A DNA stretch of 64,000 nt from Peribolospora baueri (taxonomy: Eukaryota), in contig JAMDHS010000036.1 in the NCBI GenBank assembly GCA_029717555.1, positions 124,001 through 188,000 on the forward strand, given 5' to 3'. The notes below the pieces were generated by a model. The model did not search any database and was not told the DNA's origin. It saw only the letters and a list, made by a program, of their open reading frames with translations. The translations under genes were made by a program, and so were the position numbers. Shown in pieces: positions 12,137-24,614 of the stretch. Position 1 is the stretch's first letter, and each line of letters opens with the position of its first letter.

Positions 12137-12839
12137 GGTAACGCGACGAACGACGTACGGAGGGGCTAAAGATGGGCGAATCTCGATGGGGGAGAGGGAG
12201 GGAGGAAGTGCGAAGAGGGAAGAAGAAGGATGCGAAAGCCAAGATGGATGCGGGGGTGGGGGACAGACTGCGCCCGGGTCGGCTGTTCGGTCGTGCCGGC
12301 GTCCGGGACCGCACCGCGTTCGGCCATTTCGGTCCAACGCGCCCTCTTCTCTCCACCACCCCACCCGGACGCTGCGAGGCCGGAGACCGTCAACGGACCA
12401 CTCTCACAAGAGCTTTCTAGCATCATCCTCGAGCCCAGCGCAATTTCACCTCGCCAATGATCGGCGCAAACACCATTTCTTCCGAGCGGCAGGAGCATGG
12501 GTTATAGGTCGATCCGATTCCAAGGGAAATGAAAAGGAAATACCACAGAGTCGTCGGCGCGGACGCAGTACACATACGCACGGAAGGGGGAGGAGGAAAG
12601 GGGGATCCATGTAGAAGCTACAAAGGGTAAAGCGACCCAAGAGGAGAAAAAGAAGAAGAAAAAAAGGGACCGATCAGGGTAGTTGTGTTGAGAGAGTGCG
12701 AGAGGCGAGTCATTACGGGGGTGGAAATATGCGAGCGACAAGAACGTCTCGGAAGGGGAGCGGAGATGCGCCACCGTTCCCGTCGGCGGACCGACAGGAA
12801 CCCGAGTGCGAGGATCCTGTCTCTTCTGGAGACATTGTC

Positions 12840-14070
12840 TTAGTTCCTGCCGCCGATCTCGAGGACAGGAAGGGTGAAGTAGGACGTGTCGGGCTGTGGA
12901 GGGGGGAGAACGAATGGGAAGGGTGAGCAAGTCGAGAGGACGAGAAGGCAAGGTATCGCCGAGAGAGTGGAGGCCTGCTCACCGTGAGCAAACCGGCGGC
13001 GGCGACGTAGTAGGCGATCATGGAGGTGATGCTGTGCGAGACGAAACGAGGACGATCCGTTAGTTACAGAGCGACATCGCTCGCGTATTGGGCGCTCTCA
13101 GTTCGTCCGACTCACATGCCGATGGCACCGCCGGCGGTCTTGACGGCCGCCATGCCGGTGAACTCGGCGGCGAAGAGGAGGAGGAAGGTGAGGTCGAGGC
13201 TAATGGATGGCGAGCGAGATCAAAAGCGAATTCAGCGGCGGTCGTGACGGAGGAAAGGACGAGAGGAAAGGCTCACAAGAAGAAGAGGGCGATGAGGCCA
13301 CCGGACGAGCGGAGGGAGGAGATGAACATGATCTGGAGCAAAGAAGACAGACGATGGTCGATGTGAGCCAAAGGCGGTCGTGGAAGACACACGCATGCAT
13401 GCATGTATGCACTCACGAACGTAAAGATGAACCAGCCGGCGAGGTAGATGCCGATGGCGTTGGCCATCTGCGTCTCGTCCGAGCCGTAGGCGGCGCCGAT
13501 GCCGGACCAGGGGATGAGGATGAAGGCGTAGGAGATCCAGAAGCCGCCGTAGGAGGAGAAGGCGGTGGCACCGAAGGTGTTCCCGGCAGCAAACTCCCAC
13601 ATGCCGGCGAGGAGCTGGCAGAGGCCTCCGTAGCCGAGGGCGAGGCCGACGATGAGGTTAGGGACGCTCACGCCACGGGTGGAGACGTTGTACAAGGAGA
13701 GAACGAAGGTGGTGGTGGCGAAGGAGCAGAGGCCTGTGGGAGAGAAGAGGGGGGACGGAGGTGAGAAGCGGCCGGTGTCGGTGCCAGCCTGTTGTTGTTT
13801 TGCGTGGCTGCCCACTCACCAAGAGGAGCGGGGCTGTGGGACGCGAAGCAAAAAAGAAGACACGAATCGGTACGATGGCTGGTCGCTCGCTCTCGCTCGC
13901 GCTCGCTACTCTCCCTACTCTACTCACTTGGCAAACTTCCTGTGGTAGACGGGGAAGGCGGGCTGGGTCGAGTCGAGGGCGTGACCGCCGGGGGTGACGG
14001 CGCGGTTGATGGGGGCGCCTTGGTAGCCGCCGCCGTTGTTGGGGGCCTTGTTCTCCTCGATGGAAGCCAT
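12840..14070 (-). CDS. ADY2: GPR1/FUN34/YaaH family acetate/ammonium transporter (Ady2-like)
   Basis: QPAFPVYHRKFANPAPLGLCSFATTTFVLSLYN, YGGLCQLLAGMWEFAAGNTFGATAFSSYGGFWIS, GIYLAGWFIFTF, C-terminus YFTLPVLEIGGRN*. Confidence 0.93.
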
Positions 14071-16176
14071 GGCTGTGGTGGTGGTTGTGGTTGTGGTGGT
14101 GGTGGTGGGGAGGACGGGGAAAGGGACGATGGGGGCGGCGACGACGGAGACGGCGAGGGGAGAGGGGAGAAGGACAGGCGGGAGGCGGAAGCGCGAGTCC
14201 GGGGAAAGGGCGGGGTTGAAATAGTCGACGACGACATTCGACAACATCCATCCATCCGGCCTCCCTCCCTCCTTCCCTTGCCTTTCCTCCGTACCTCCGC
14301 TTCCGTCGGCCCCCCCCTCTCGCCGTCTACGCCGTCGCCCCCGCGGATCCTTCTCCCCCTCCTTTTTCTTTTGTGCCTTCTTGTTGTTGACTTGGCGCGG
14401 ACGAGCGGGCGGGCGGGGAAGGCGACGCGACGGGGGGCGGCCAGGCGTGGCATGGCAAGACAAGAAAAAAAAAAGCAGGAAAAAAAAAGAGGCGAGGCGA
14501 GGCTCGGTGGACTAAGACTAGGGCTAGATCGTCAGTAGCCCCGACTCGCTAGGCCCTCCGCATCTGCACCGCGCGCCAGCCACCACACGCACCCACCCAC
14601 GCACGGCGGCCACCAGGTCGGCCGGCTGGGAGGGGCACGAGGCGACCAAGCAAGGCATTCTTCATTCCCCATCCTAATCCCACCGTAAATACATACATAC
14701 ATTCGTATTCGTGCACTCCTTCATTCCTTCCTTTGTGGACACGTACATACCCCACGCCACGCAGACCCTGGCCGCCAGGTCGAGCACGTGCACCGTCCCC
14801 CGCTCGCAACGCGCGGAGGAAACGAGAGAGAGGGCCGGGGCACCGCTCATTGACGAACGACCGACCGACCGACCGTAGACGCACCGCTGTGTGCGCTCGC
14901 GCTAACCACGTCGCGCTGACCGTAGACCGGCTTCCTTCGCGTCGGCCGCACGAGATGGACCGGCTCGAGGGCGGGCAGGAAGAAGGAGGGAGGGAAGGAG
15001 CGCTGCGCGTCTCCCTCTTCGCCTCCCCCCCGTCTCCGCATCCTTCTTCTTCCCCACCGGCGAGAGCCGGAAGAACATGTCAAACCCCGCACGGCCCTTC
15101 TCCCTCCCCCATCGCCCCTCCTTCCATCGTCGCGCACAGACGGGGGCAGTAAGACGTGAGGGAGGGGGCGAGAAGGAGCGGCGGATGTATCGGATTGTAG
15201 CGCGGCAGAAAAAGTAGGGGCCGAGAGCGTGTAGACCAGTCAAAACAAGACAACGACGACGACGGCGACGGCGACGCTAATTATTAGCTGCATGTCCCCG
15301 GAAGTCCGATCCCAACGCGCTTATTAAGCGTCGCCGTCGTCGTTCGTTATTATGGGGTCGCGCCCAAGCTAATGAAATCGGCCCTCCTTCGTTCGCCCTT
15401 GGTGCCGGACCGGCTTGTCTTGTCTCACCACCGACTGACCGGCTGGACTGACTTTTTGACCGACACGCGCGAATGGAATGGAGGAGAGATGGATGGCCAA
15501 AGAGAAGGAAGGAAGGAAGAAAGGTTCGGTTCGGCTTGGCGGCTCTCGCTCGCTCGGCACGGGCGGGGCGACCGACGTGAATTACATTACATGGTGCAGA
15601 TGACCACCCCCCACCGTCCCTCCATCCTCTAGCCTCCTCGTCCTTCCTCTTCTTTCGCGTTATCACCGATCACCATTCATCGATACGATGGATGGATGGA
15701 TGGAGGGATGGATGGAATGGGACCATCTATCCCCCTCCCCATGATGATGATGGATGACGTGGGACAAGATGGACAAAGTAAAGTGGCCCACGTGCGCATC
15801 CCTCCTTTCCCCTCGTTCACATCCACTCCCTCATCCCGTCCAATGCGTCGTCCGTGTAAAGAAAGAAAACGGCGAGCGGTTGGGGTGATAATATCGTATT
15901 GTATGTGCCGCAGTTCGTGAAGGGACGGACGACATGAACAACAACAGCAGCAGCAGCAGGCGTCCCCGCCTCGTGATGCACGGCGGGGCCCCGGCCGTCT
16001 GGAGGGAGAGACGGACGACCGGACGACCGTGCGGAAGAGGCGTCCGCGAGACGGAGTGGTCTCAGGTCCGACGAACGGACGAACGGACGGATGACTGGTA
16101 GGTTTGGTTGGTAGGTTAGGGTGGTGGTGATCAGCGCTCCAGTCCGAACAAACCGCTCTCCTCTCGCCCTCGCGCC

Positions 16177-16212
16177 CATGGCATGACATGGCATGACGTG
16201 ACGTGACGTACG
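16177..16212. repeat. 5-bp tandem array CATGG/CATGA/CGTGA containing three overlapping TGACGT
   Basis: catggcatgacatggcatgacgtgacgtgacgtac is read directly. Confidence 0.85.
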
Positions 16213-16428
16213 CACGTCCACCGACCGACGTCTGACCACACCTCGCGATTATTTCTCCCTCTCCCCCATCGGCTAGAACCGGGGAATGGGAAATGGGGGG
16301 GAAGGAGGAAGGGAAAAGGGAAGAAAAAAGTGAACGACGGTCACGCTCGTCGGCGCCTGCCTACTTGCCTGCATCCGACGCGATCGACAAGGGAAAGCGA
16401 AACCAGGAGCTTAGCCCAGCTTAGCTCA

Positions 16429-16656
16429 ACACACACACACACACACGCATATATAATATGTGTATGTACGTACGGTGACTTACTTTGGCACGCATGCATG
16501 CGTCCATCCATGCTCCTGCTCATGTATGTGCGTGCGAACTGCGCGCACGGGCGACCGGGACGACGAGGGGCCGGACGGACGAACGGAAGGAAGACGAGCG
16601 ATGACGAACGATGACTTTGCGTGCGTGCGTGTGTGTGTTGCATGTGTGTGTGCGTA
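16429..16656. repeat. (CA)n tract and downstream (GT/GC)n tracts, alternating purine-pyrimidine region
   Basis: acacacacacacacacac at 16429-16446 and gcgtgcgtgcgtgtgtgtgt...tgtgtgtgtgcgt at about 16619-16655. Confidence 0.85.
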
Positions 16657-16800
16657 CGGTGTTACAAAAGAATAGATCCCAGAACGCGCGCCGTGAAAGG
16701 AATCTTCTCTCCGGTCCTCATCGCCCTCGCCCTCGCCCTCGTCCTGCTCCGCCATACAATGCAGTCAGTCACTCTCCATCCCCACCTCGCATCACCGCCG

Positions 16801-19800
16801 CTACCACGCTCCCCCCGTTCCCAGCTTGCCACCGACGCCCGCAGACGCAGGCGCAGGAGCAGGCGCAGCAGGCGCTGGTGCAGACGTTGTTGGTATTGGA
16901 GCCTCCAGCGGCAAGTCCGGGATCGGCGTGCTGAGGTAGACGGCGCCGATCAACGCCGTCGGCTTGATGCTGATCACGATCAGCCCGCAGTTTGGGTTAC
17001 CGAACTTGACGACGGCCACCTGGTTCGTTCCACGCAGCAGGGACGGAGAAAAGAAAAGAAAAGAAAAGAGAAACTAGCAAGCTTCAGCGCTTGCCGCTCT
17101 CAAAACACCCGGCTAGCCCACCCACCGTGCGCTTGTTCGCCAGGCTCTTGGCCAGCATCGCATACAGGCCCTCGTTCGTCAACGGTCGCCCGTTCACGGC
17201 CGCCATCGCGCCCGTCGACGCCATCGACCCCTCCTGCCCCGCCCCCGCCAGCGCCGACTGGGGCACGGGCTGGAAAGTGAGAAAGGGGATCTTGTGCGCG
17301 ATCGCGTGCTTCTGAAGCGCTTGGATGTTCATCTGCTGGATCGACGTGATGGTCAACTTGTTCGGCCAGCTCGTCGGGTTCCTTCATCGCCCGAGAGAGA
17401 GGAAATGGGAGCAACGGCCGTCAGCCAAGAAAAGAAAAAAAAAAAAAAAACAAGCCTTTCTCCCACACCGACTCACAGCTCCGACATTTGCGTCTCGCTG
17501 CCCCTCGGCCCGGGTGCCAAGACAGCGGCGACGACAGTCTGACAGTCCTTCTTGTTCTTGTTTGCGTCTGTCACGCTCCAGGTGATCGGTCCCGACCACA
17601 CCGTTCTGCCCACGTTGCCGAAGCCCAGACTGCTCGGCACGGACCCGACGCCGCCGCCGCCTCCGCCTCCGCTCTGATTCTGATTCTGATTCTGACTCTG
17701 AGTCTGTTGACCTTGCACGCCTTGTTGTGGTTGCTGACCTTGTGCTTGTTGCGGTAGTAGTAGTCGTTTTTGTTGTTGTTGCTGCTGTTGCTGCTGCTGC
17801 TGCTGTTGCAGAACGGAACCACCCACACCCACCGAACCCCCCATCCCGTTCCCGTTCCCATTCCCGTTCCCATTCCCATTCGCTCCATTAGCACCACCTC
17901 CATTCGCCTGCGAGCTCGCACCCTGCCTCCTCATCATAGCATTCTGCTGCGCCTGCGCCTGCTGCTGCAAAAACAGCGCCGCCGCCGCACCCGGCGGCAA
18001 CTGCGGCCCTCCAATATTGATGCCAAGCTGAGAGGCAGCTTGCGCGATGCCAGCTAGGTTGCCCATCAGTTTGCCTAAGTTCGAGTTGACTTCGCCCGGT
18101 GCGGCGGCGCTGGCCGTCGCGCCCGATGCGAGCAGGCGGGCTTGCTGCGCGAGCATGCCCTGCTGTTGCACGATTTGATTCCGGAACGCTTCCAGGTGCA
18201 CGTTTGAGCGGCTCTCCCCTCCTGGCTGTTGTCCCTGCCCTGTTGGTTGTTGTTGTTGCTGCTGCTGCCGAGTCAACATCTGCAGCACATTCTTGAGCAT
18301 GAGCGCCTGTTGTTGCTGAAGGAATTTGAGCTTGGCCACCTGACCCATGTCCGGCCTGGGGGGAGCGGCCCCCTGTGGCTGTTCCGACGACACGCCCCTC
18401 CCAGAAGTAGTATCGTTGGGGCCGACGGCGGTGATGGGCGCCGCCGCGAGTGGGTTCGGCGGCAGCTGCAGCTGCATGGGAGCCCCTCCGTTCAGCTTGA
18501 GCGCCTTCGCTCGGCCCGCATCGCCGACGGCTGTGGAAGCCGACCGTTTGAGGGCTGCGAGAAGAACGAGTACAGGTGTAAAGGGCGAGGGATGAGGGTG
18601 CGAACGCGACAAGAAAAGAAACACAGAGGTGGCGAAAAAGGCAAGCGTTGAAGCCCGTCAAATGGAGAAAACGGATGGACTTACCTTTTGTGAAACCGGC
18701 CTCTTTGAGGCCGGACAGCAAGACGACGTCCCCGTCCACGCGGCGCAAGGGCGCTCCTTTCTCGTCCGTAAGCACGCCAACGTCCTCGGGAGGGACACTC
18801 AAGAACTGAAAACAGAAGACGACGTGATCGGCCGGACGGAGGAGATCAGCACGGAAGTTGGAGATTCCAGATGGCGACGCCCCACTCACTTCCTTCCACC
18901 TCTCCACCACCTCCTTGGGCGCGTCCACAGCGACGTAACACCACCCGATGCCCCTCTCTTTGGCTTCCTGTGCGCATCTGTGCCACCCCCAATCGTCGTA
19001 CCGTCTGCGAATGTTGCAGCTCGGCCGTGCGGCGTCACCGTCGCCGTCGCCGACACGGGCGAGAGAGGAGGAGGCCGCCAAAGCCGAGGAGGAGGAGGAA
19101 AGGTGGAGAACATAGGTCGCCACGAGGGGTCCATGCGCCGCGCGGGCATGGGAGTGAGCATGGGGACGCGCGGGGAGGGCGTCGAGAAGCTTTTCGTCAC
19201 AAGTGGGCGAGCGAACGGGAAGAAAGAAAATGTGAGCGGGCACCGGTCGCGTTGGAACGTGCAGAAGAGGCCGAGATTCACGGCAGGCGGAGAAGCAGAA
19301 GAAAAAAAAAATCACCTCGAACGCCCCAACGAGCGTGTCCATGAGCGCGGTCTGGCCCTGCTTTGCCGCCTCCACCTCCGCGCTTCTCGCCTCTCCGGGA
19401 GGCCTATCACTTGCTTCCTCCGCGCCCAATTCTTCCAACACTTGCCCATCCCAATCGCTCCCCAACGGAGCATGCGCATACTCGCCCATCCAGTCATCCC
19501 GTTTACATTCCTCCAGGAAGGAAGACGATTTCTGCCAGGGTCTTCTAAGAAGCGGGGAGGTGCGGCAGCAGGGAGACGTCGGGTGAGAGGGATAAATGCA
19601 AGCCGATATGAGGAGCTGCGAAGGGAGGGTGAAGGAGTGGGACGAAGGTCAAAAGGTAAAGTGCGGAGGACGAGATGAATGAGTTACTGTGTGTGGTGCT
19701 GGAAAGAGGGAGAACGGAGGAGACTGGAAAGTCGGCTCACTTGCGCTGCTGGGTAAAGCGACCCGATCCGCCTAGCCGAAGAGAGTAGAGCAGGAAGCAA

Positions 19801-20056
19801 GGGCAAGAACGGATGGGTGAATGGACGCTGTGGGCAATTGAACGGAAGGGTCTTTCCTGTCTCTCTCTCCAAGAAGAACTCACCGAACGACGGCCTCCAA
19901 ATACCTCTCCCTGACGCCGCCCGGACCATTCCATCCTCGCCTTCCCTCTCGAGCGCCAAGGGCGCCGTCGACAAGACAGACGAGAGCCACCTCGTTGGAC
20001 AAGGGCGGCTGTGGACGGCTCGGCCCGGGCGCTGCTGCTCCCATCATCATCATCAT
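16801..20056 (-). CDS. Putative Mediator subunit Med25-like protein (N-terminal VWA-like, Gln-rich linker, C-terminal ACID/PTOV-like domain)
   Basis: N-terminal VALVCLVDG...YLEAVV...YRLAFI...ALMDTLVGAFE...YVLHL...VVLLSGL, then polyQ/GN repeats, then VWSGPITW...SWPNKLTI...FLTFQ...LANKRTVAVVKF...LIGAVY. The CDS is well supported; the family assignment is by motif resemblance only. Confidence 0.6.
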
Positions 20057-20729
20057 CGCCGAGCTTGGCCCAGGCCCCACGGCGGCGGCTGAGCTCGGGC
20101 CTGCGACAGCGGAGACGGAGGAGGACAATATGGGGGACAATGTTGGAGAGGCAGGTTTGGGACGGGAAGGAGGGAGGAAGCGAGCGTTGTGCTCGAAGCA
20201 GCGCTGTAAGTTACCGTTGGTGGGCGCTGGAAAGGGGGCTCGAGTGAGGTAGTGTGTCGGAGAGGCGGCGGTGGAGGAGGACGATGATGGACGACGGTGG
20301 GTGACGGCGAAGCGAACGGAAGGTGATGAATGTCGCTGAGCGCTCCTCTTTGGCGTCTGTGTATGCCAAACGGATGCGGGACTTGCTCGCAAACGTCGAC
20401 GTGGACGTCGAGTTGGGTGAAAAACGGACGAATAGAGGTCGTGGACGTGCACAGACGACGACGACGGCAGCGGCTGCGACGACAATAACAACAACAACAA
20501 CGACGACGACGACGATCGTCGATCGATCCTTTATTATTATTAGTCCGGCGACATCCGGCCCTCCTTTCCTTCCCCTTTGTCGCCATCCATCCACCCTCGA
20601 ACCATTCGTCCACCCCTCACGTGGCTCATCCGATCACCTCGGCCGCCGCCGACCTTTACAGAGGACGAGGGCGGGGACGAGGACGAGGACGAGCCGACAC
20701 GAGCACCAAGCGTATCCCCCGCTCCAGCA

Positions 20730-22877
20730 ATGCCCAGACCAAACACCTTCAAAGAGCGCAAACGCCGACGCACCGCCGCCGGCGGGCGACCTGGTGGCGG
20801 CGCTCGCATCGACTATATCGACGAGACTGGCAGCGATGTCGAGCTGGGCGGCGGAGGTGCGGACCTTGCTTCCGGGGATTGGGGTGACATGGAGTGGTCG
20901 CAGGACGAGGACGAGGACGAGGAAGATCTGTGGAGGAAGGGGTTGGTGTCTTTTGGCGGCGGCGGCGGTGGTGCAAGGACGATTACCCGCTCCACCAACC
21001 GACAGTCACAGCAGCAGCGACGAGGCAACAAGCGAGACCGGCACCGGCACCACACCCAACAGCATCCAAGCGCCCCCTCGACGAACGAGGAGGAGGAGGC
21101 AGAAGCTCTCCGGGCGCGACGGCGCTCTGCGCTCGTTCAGCGAGCGTACGAAGCACGAGTCGTGCGAGATGACAAGCTGGCGGACGAGGTGATGCTCCCC
21201 ATGCCTTCTTACGCCGCCGACCCCCAGCAGGGGCGAGAGCGAGATCGAGACGGTGACGAGTGGCGAGAAGGCCTAGAGCATGTTGCAGGAGATGGAAGGG
21301 CGGCTATGGGTTTGGGCATGCACGGGCTCATCAAGTGGACCGGCGAGGTGGAGGGCAAGAGGGGGGAGACGGTGGAACTTTGGGTCGACAGGTGCGCTTT
21401 CCACCCTTCTGTTTGGTCATGTCAAAGGGATGCGGATACGTCCTCGTTTTCGGAACCACTTCAGCGAACCTTCTTTCTGCTCTCCGCCCTCGAACCGAGG
21501 CATTTCGATGTGGCCGAGTTGAGCGTATCATCTGTAATTCACCGCTTGTCTTCCCTTGGAGGCGCTCACCTTCTTGGAGGCCGCTGTCGCATCCATCTCT
21601 ACATACGCGGACGGGGAATGGTGTAGATGTCGTCTAGCGGACTGTTTCGAGCGAAGGGAAAGAAGAAGGGAGCAAGGGGAGGTACGGAGGGAGAAGGGCC
21701 AGCCTATCTGTCCCTCATGGCGTGACGACGGCGGCCACGCCAGGCCGGGCGAACGAACGCACCGGAGCCGCTCTCGCCCGCTCTCTACACTTCCTCCCAC
21801 TGAACTGCTCCTCTCCTCCTCCCCGCCGGAACTCGCAGGTTCGACGCCCTCCTCCTCCTCCCCACCGTGCCGGCCCCCCCGCCAGCGTCGGGCACGAAAG
21901 GAGAAGCCCTTCCTACGGAGACACAGGCGCAAGCTCTTCCTCCAGACCCTTCCTCGGAGCGAGGATGGTCGGACCTGGACAGCGACGCCGAGGACTTGTT
22001 CTTTATGGAAGATGACGAGGCGGAGGAGTACCTCCGGGACAGGAAGAGGAGGAGGCTACTGGACTTGAGACAACGGCGCGTCGAGGCCCTCGGCGCTGAA
22101 CGGGGCGACGAAGACGGGATGTGGGGAGGAAAGGAGGACGAGAAAAAGGACGAGGAGGAGGAGGACCCAAACGTGGTGAGTGCCGGTACAGGCGAACCTT
22201 TTTCCAATGCCATCTCACTCCATGGACTCTCGATCATCGCCGGCCCGGCCCAGCCCTGGCCTCGTCTCACGCTGACCGTCTTCATCGTTCCTTCTTCGTT
22301 TGCGACCCACCGATTCCGACGAGACCAGCCGTCAGAAGACCAGCTGACGCTGATGCGCGCGACAGCGCGTTCCATCCTCTCCGCTCCCAACACCTCGGTG
22401 GCGGAGATGCGCGTGCTCGTCAACCACGGCAGCGATCCCCGGTATGCGTTCCTTCGACGGGGGGCGCAGCAAAAGTGGAAGGAGGTGTGGGAGAGATTGA
22501 GGAAGGGAGAGGCGGTTGTCTTGAGGAAGAAAAAGGGCAAGGAAGAAGGGATGGAGGTGGTGGGCGAGCAGGAGGTGGAAGAGGAGGAGGATGACAAGGG
22601 CAAGGGCAAGAGCAAGGCTTTGCTGGTAGATTACGGGAGCGATAGCGATAGCGACAGCGGCGGACAGGGTGAGACGGACGTGGTCACGCACGGCCCGACG
22701 GCGTCGGCTCCCGCAGCTTCGACCTCAGCACCTGCCGCTCCGTCGACGACGACCCTCACACCAACAGCAGCAAGCCCTCGGGCGCCGCCGCCAGTGGACG
22801 ACGCAGAGAAGGCGAAGAGGCTAGCGAGGGCCAAGGAGTGGGCCAGGAAGCGCAAGGAGGCCAAAGCGTCGCTGTAG
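20730..22877 (+). CDS. Suppressor-of-white-apricot (SWAP/CLASRP)-like splicing regulator: DRY-EERY domain plus SURP-like domain
   Basis: AYEARVV...GLIKWTG...LWVDR|FDALLLL across intron 21392-21838, GWSDLDSDAEDLFF, then LMRATARSILSAPNTSVAEMRVLVNHGSDPRYAFLR, LLVDYGSDSDSD and KAKRLARAKEWARKRK. Confidence 0.7.
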
Positions 22878-23365
22878 ATAAGGCCGAACCAGCGTCGCAA
22901 ACGAGCGCCCACCTGTTCTGGATTCGTGCAGCGTCTGCCAAACGCCCGCCTTACTGCTTAAGCAGGCCCATCAAGACAAAATTCAAAGCCTCTTTTGTCG
23001 CACTGGGGACTCCAGACGTCTCGAAGATCTGGCAAAAAGTTTGTGCCCCTTTCCTCCTCTAGTACGTCTACGTACACGTACATGGAAGCGTCTACCGGTC
23101 AATGAATCCCGCGCGTCCTTTAAGCTCAAGCCAATGGGGCTGAGATAGGGAATAAAAAGGTCTCGTATCTTCCAAGCGTCTACCGATTGAAATGTCAAGG
23201 CAGTGACAATTGGTGAGCCCATGTCCAAAGCCAAAGGACCCCCGAAACCTGAAATTGCCAACGTCCTGTGGAGTTCCGCCGCTCGTCGCTCGTCAAGGAG
23301 AGGTCCAATTTGCCGTAAGAGGAACCCAGGGCGAGAGAATACGAAATGAGGAGCTCCGGATAAGT

Positions 23366-24614
23366 TCAGTCGACGAGCTCAAGCATCAGCTCGCCTCGGA
23401 CGGCGTTGAATAGCTTCAGGCGCGCTCCCTCCTGTACGGGGCACAAAAGACAAGCAAGAAAGACGTGGGCGCGAGCCGACGAAACACGAAAGAGAAAGCG
23501 GTCCTATCAGTGAGGTCGAGCGAGGCAAGATGTCGGACTCGGCTCGACTCCACTCACCTTGACGGCTTGCTTCAACTCTGCCACGGTGAACTTGCCCTCA
23601 ACAAGCTCGCCCCTGTCCATCAGCTCCTCCCTCATCACTCCAGCGAGGAGCCCACAGTCCAAAGAAGGTGTGACCCATTTGAGCACCTTCTCTCCGCTCC
23701 TCACAGAGTCGTCCACCGGCATCTCCAAGGCGACGTTGCCGATGGAAGATTCAGTGACATAGGAGCTGGAATTGAACAGGATCACGTCAAAGAGCGCTGG
23801 TGGGGGTCCAAGACTGGCTCCTTTGGGGTCGATGATAGATGTTGATGACCAGTACGAGTTGAGAGATGGATAGAATGAGCCCTGGGCCTTGACCCAAAAC
23901 TCGCCAGGAACATCTCCTCTTCCGATAGCTCTGCTCACCATGCCTCGCCCTCGCATCATCGTACATGGCCCTGCGCGTCGTCTTGTGTGCTCCAAGCGCG
24001 CCTGGAGAGCCTGTCGGCCTGTCGTCCAGTTTGACCTTGTACAGAGCTGTGTGAGTGCGCAGTCAATTTTAGCCTGCTGCACATCTGCCCTGAGGCCAGC
24101 GAGGCATTTCATATCTGTTGCTTGCGGAGACATCCTCGTGACCGGCGCATGCTGATGGAAGAGCAAGGAAACACGATTCATACCCACTTGAATGCGCCTT
24201 TGGTTGCGTTGGGGGCAAGACCTGACTCGTAGCTTCCGGCCCACCCTTGCGAGGGATCGTGAGGCTGATCTGGTGCCGCACGAGTGTGTGGTGCGAAGGA
24301 ACTTGAAGAGATAAGAGAGCGAACAGAGTTTGACAGCAGTGAGGGCACTTCCTTCCTCTCACCTTCTGCTTGTGCTCCGTTCCAACGCTCTGCACACATC
24401 TCCTCAGCTCCTTCAACACCTCCTCTTCATCGATCCGTGCGCTTGCCCACTCTTCAGGGCTCTCCTTCCGGAAAGCGTCCAGCGACCGGTGGAGTCGCAT
24501 AAAATGCCGAGGCAGGAGAAAGAAAGTCTCTTCGACCATTGGACCGTTTGACTGAGATGGTGCCAAGGAAGGGTCGTACAGGATGGCCGTGAGCAGAGAG
24601 TAGTCGTTCTCCAC
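23366..24614 (-). CDS. ABZ2: Aminodeoxychorismate lyase (Abz2/PabC-like, aminotransferase class IV) portion
   Basis: [37 protein letters not shown] (catalytic Lys motif), FDVILFN...[36 protein letters not shown]. Confidence 0.85.

Noticed and set aside
9710..14070. GCDH plus acetate transporter as a carboxylate-catabolism cluster
   Set aside because: Only two adjacent genes with a loose functional link; no shared motif was identified.
22983..23261. 92-aa minus-strand ORF downstream of the ADC-lyase stop
   Set aside because: It has a non-ATG start and no motifs, and probably lies in 3'UTR/terminator sequence between convergent genes.
24069..24614. Independent ABZ2 gene starting at the GTG called by the ORF track
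   Set aside because: GTG initiation is unlikely here, there is no room for a promoter, and the frame is continuous with the upstream DUF89 exon.
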